From positions 1,632,001-1,696,000 of the forward strand of contig CBDCKW010000009.1 of NCBI GenBank assembly GCA_965218435.1: a stretch of 64,000 nucleotides of DNA. The letters are read 5' to 3'. The position numbers and the translations under genes were made by a program. Origin of the DNA: Truepera sp. Its GTDB lineage: Bacteria > Deinococcota > Deinococci > Deinococcales > Trueperaceae. Below the pieces are notes generated by a model. The model was given only the letters and a program-made list of their open reading frames with translations, was not told the origin of the DNA and ran no database searches. Below are positions 62,802-64,000 of this stretch, piece after piece (position 1 is the first letter of the stretch; each line of letters opens with the position of its first letter).

Positions 62802-63684
62802 CAGACGACATCACCTTTATTCCGGCCAGCTCTGCTCGTTTACGCGCCCTGCAATCATCAGTAATCAGATAAGCGTTTACAGTTAGATAAAGCAGGTGCA
62901 GCAAATCTAGGAAATCGTTTCTACCTGGCCTATTGCCACCAATTACATTTTCGATATTCAATCTTGAAAACACAGCCACAAAAAGGTCTATAGAGTTGTT
63001 ATAACTTTGAAAAATCTCTTTATGCTTATTTTCTCTTTCGCTCTCAGAGAGCTGTACTTTATACTGACCTAAGACCCATTGAGAAAGTGCATAAATGCTT
63101 AGGCCACAATTTATTTCTATGTGGCTACCATTCAGTTGTTGCGTCAGCTTTTTAGTTGATTCGTACTCTAAAGTTACAGCTAGGGAGGGAAAGCCTTGTT
63201 CGCTATACGAAGCATGCGCATTTTTGAAATCTTCTTGCCCTTGGATTGCTTCTCTTATGAAATCCTTGCCAATTTCATCGTCGTAGGTTTCAAAATAGTC
63301 TAAAGGGTATTCTAGGGACAATGAGCTTTGTTCTTCTATAAACTCTTCCTGACTTTTTGATTGCCGTAAAAGCCTCAACAAGGTTCTCAAGGATTTAAGC
63401 CTTAACTCTTCAATATCAAAATCTCTTTTAGCGGCTTGAAATGCTTGGATCAAGATAATCTCTGGAAAAGTCCAGCGAACTGGTATTCGAGATAGCGCGA
63501 GAGTGTCAACATGCGACTTTCTATTTCTGTAACTTCTTTCGTCTTTCCTAACACCGTTAAGTAGTTCTATCAGTGTGATTACTGATGTATAACACTTGTC
63601 TCGATATGTTGGTGAATCGAGCTTACGACCAAGCTTACGAACCGTGCTCGTATCAAGATAGTGCATTTCTATAGGTTGCTTCAC
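62767..63684 (-). CDS. AT-rich PIN-like domain protein inserted in the xdh operon
   Basis: YLDTS, S.IT..EL, ND..D, LITDD: the four acidic PIN positions, with a long insert. Confidence 0.65.
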   Translation of the reverse strand: MKQPIEMHYLDTSTVRKLGRKLDSPTYRDKCYTSVITLIELLNGVRKDERSYRNRKSHVDTLALSRIPVRWTFPEIILIQAFQAAKRDFDIEELRLKSLRTLLRLLRQSKSQEEFIEEQSSLSLEYPLDYFETYDDEIGKDFIREAIQGQEDFKNAHASYSEQGFPSLAVTLEYESTKKLTQQLNGSHIEINCGLSIYALSQWVLGQYKVQLSESERENKHKEIFQSYNNSIDLFVAVFSRLNIENVIGGNRPGRNDFLDLLHLLYLTVNAYLITDDCRARKRAELAGIKVMSSDELAFKCHDSE

Positions 63685-64000
63685 CTTATGTGTGCTTGCG
63701 CGAAAGCAGGTACATAAACTTTTTGTACTGCTTCAATAGCCCACAGAATCGCCTCGGGCGTCGCGGGTGAGGCCAGCTCAAGGCGTTCCGGCGCTTCGGT
63801 AGCAAACGCGGCAACCGCGTCACGAAGCGCCTCGCGGACGCTTAACGCGAGCATAAAGGGCGGCTCTCCAACTGCTTTGCTGCCGTAGATTACGCCGTCT
63901 TGGGCGGCGCGGGGCAGCAGGGTCACGTTAAACGTTTCAGGTACGTCGGCAATCGTCGGAATCTTATAAACGCTCGGCGCATTGGTCACAAAGCGTCCGG
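63681..64000 (-). CDS. xdhB: Xanthine dehydrogenase molybdopterin subunit, C-terminal part (runs off window end)
   Basis: YKIPT..DVP, SKAVGEPPFMLA.SV..AL.DAV, PATPE. Confidence 0.93.
   Translation of the reverse strand, partial: GRFVTNAPSVYKIPTIADVPETFNVTLLPRAAQDGVIYGSKAVGEPPFMLALSVREALRDAVAAFATEAPERLELASPATPEAILWAIEAVQKVYVPAFAQAHIR

Overview
GC-rich bacterial chromosomal window. Gene content, frequent leaderless-type starts and protein sequence style suggest Deinococcota, probably Trueperaceae-like; this is inference, not a database result. Core genes: a partial PGM/PMM gene, argB, lycopene cyclase, rsmJ, gabT, a maltose-type ABC transporter, dprA, a CHASE4-PAS-GGDEF-EAL protein, cysS, yigZ, an ABC-F ATPase, alkA, a PASTA protein, xdhC and partial xdhB. 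Accessory material is interleaved. It includes an ebo-type cluster (eboD, small gene, eboB ... eboE) interrupted by Fic, PKD and cytidine deaminase genes and two decayed copies of the eboE 5' end; a LacI/ABC/ribitol-dehydrogenase islet flanked by transposase-like and integrase remnants; three MITE families; a decayed oxidoreductase with a block of redox and regulator genes; and an AT-rich PIN-like gene wedged into the xdh operon. Most notable signals not explained by ordinary annotation: (1) a leaderless 11-codon uORF ending Cys-Cys, placed to control an SD-sequestering hairpin of cysS; (2) roughly 10-fold over-representation of the palindrome CTCGAG; (3) an AdoMetDC homologue lacking the pyruvoyl-forming serine; (4) cargo blocks bracketed by decayed partial gene duplicates. 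No rRNA, tRNA or CRISPR array was recognised.
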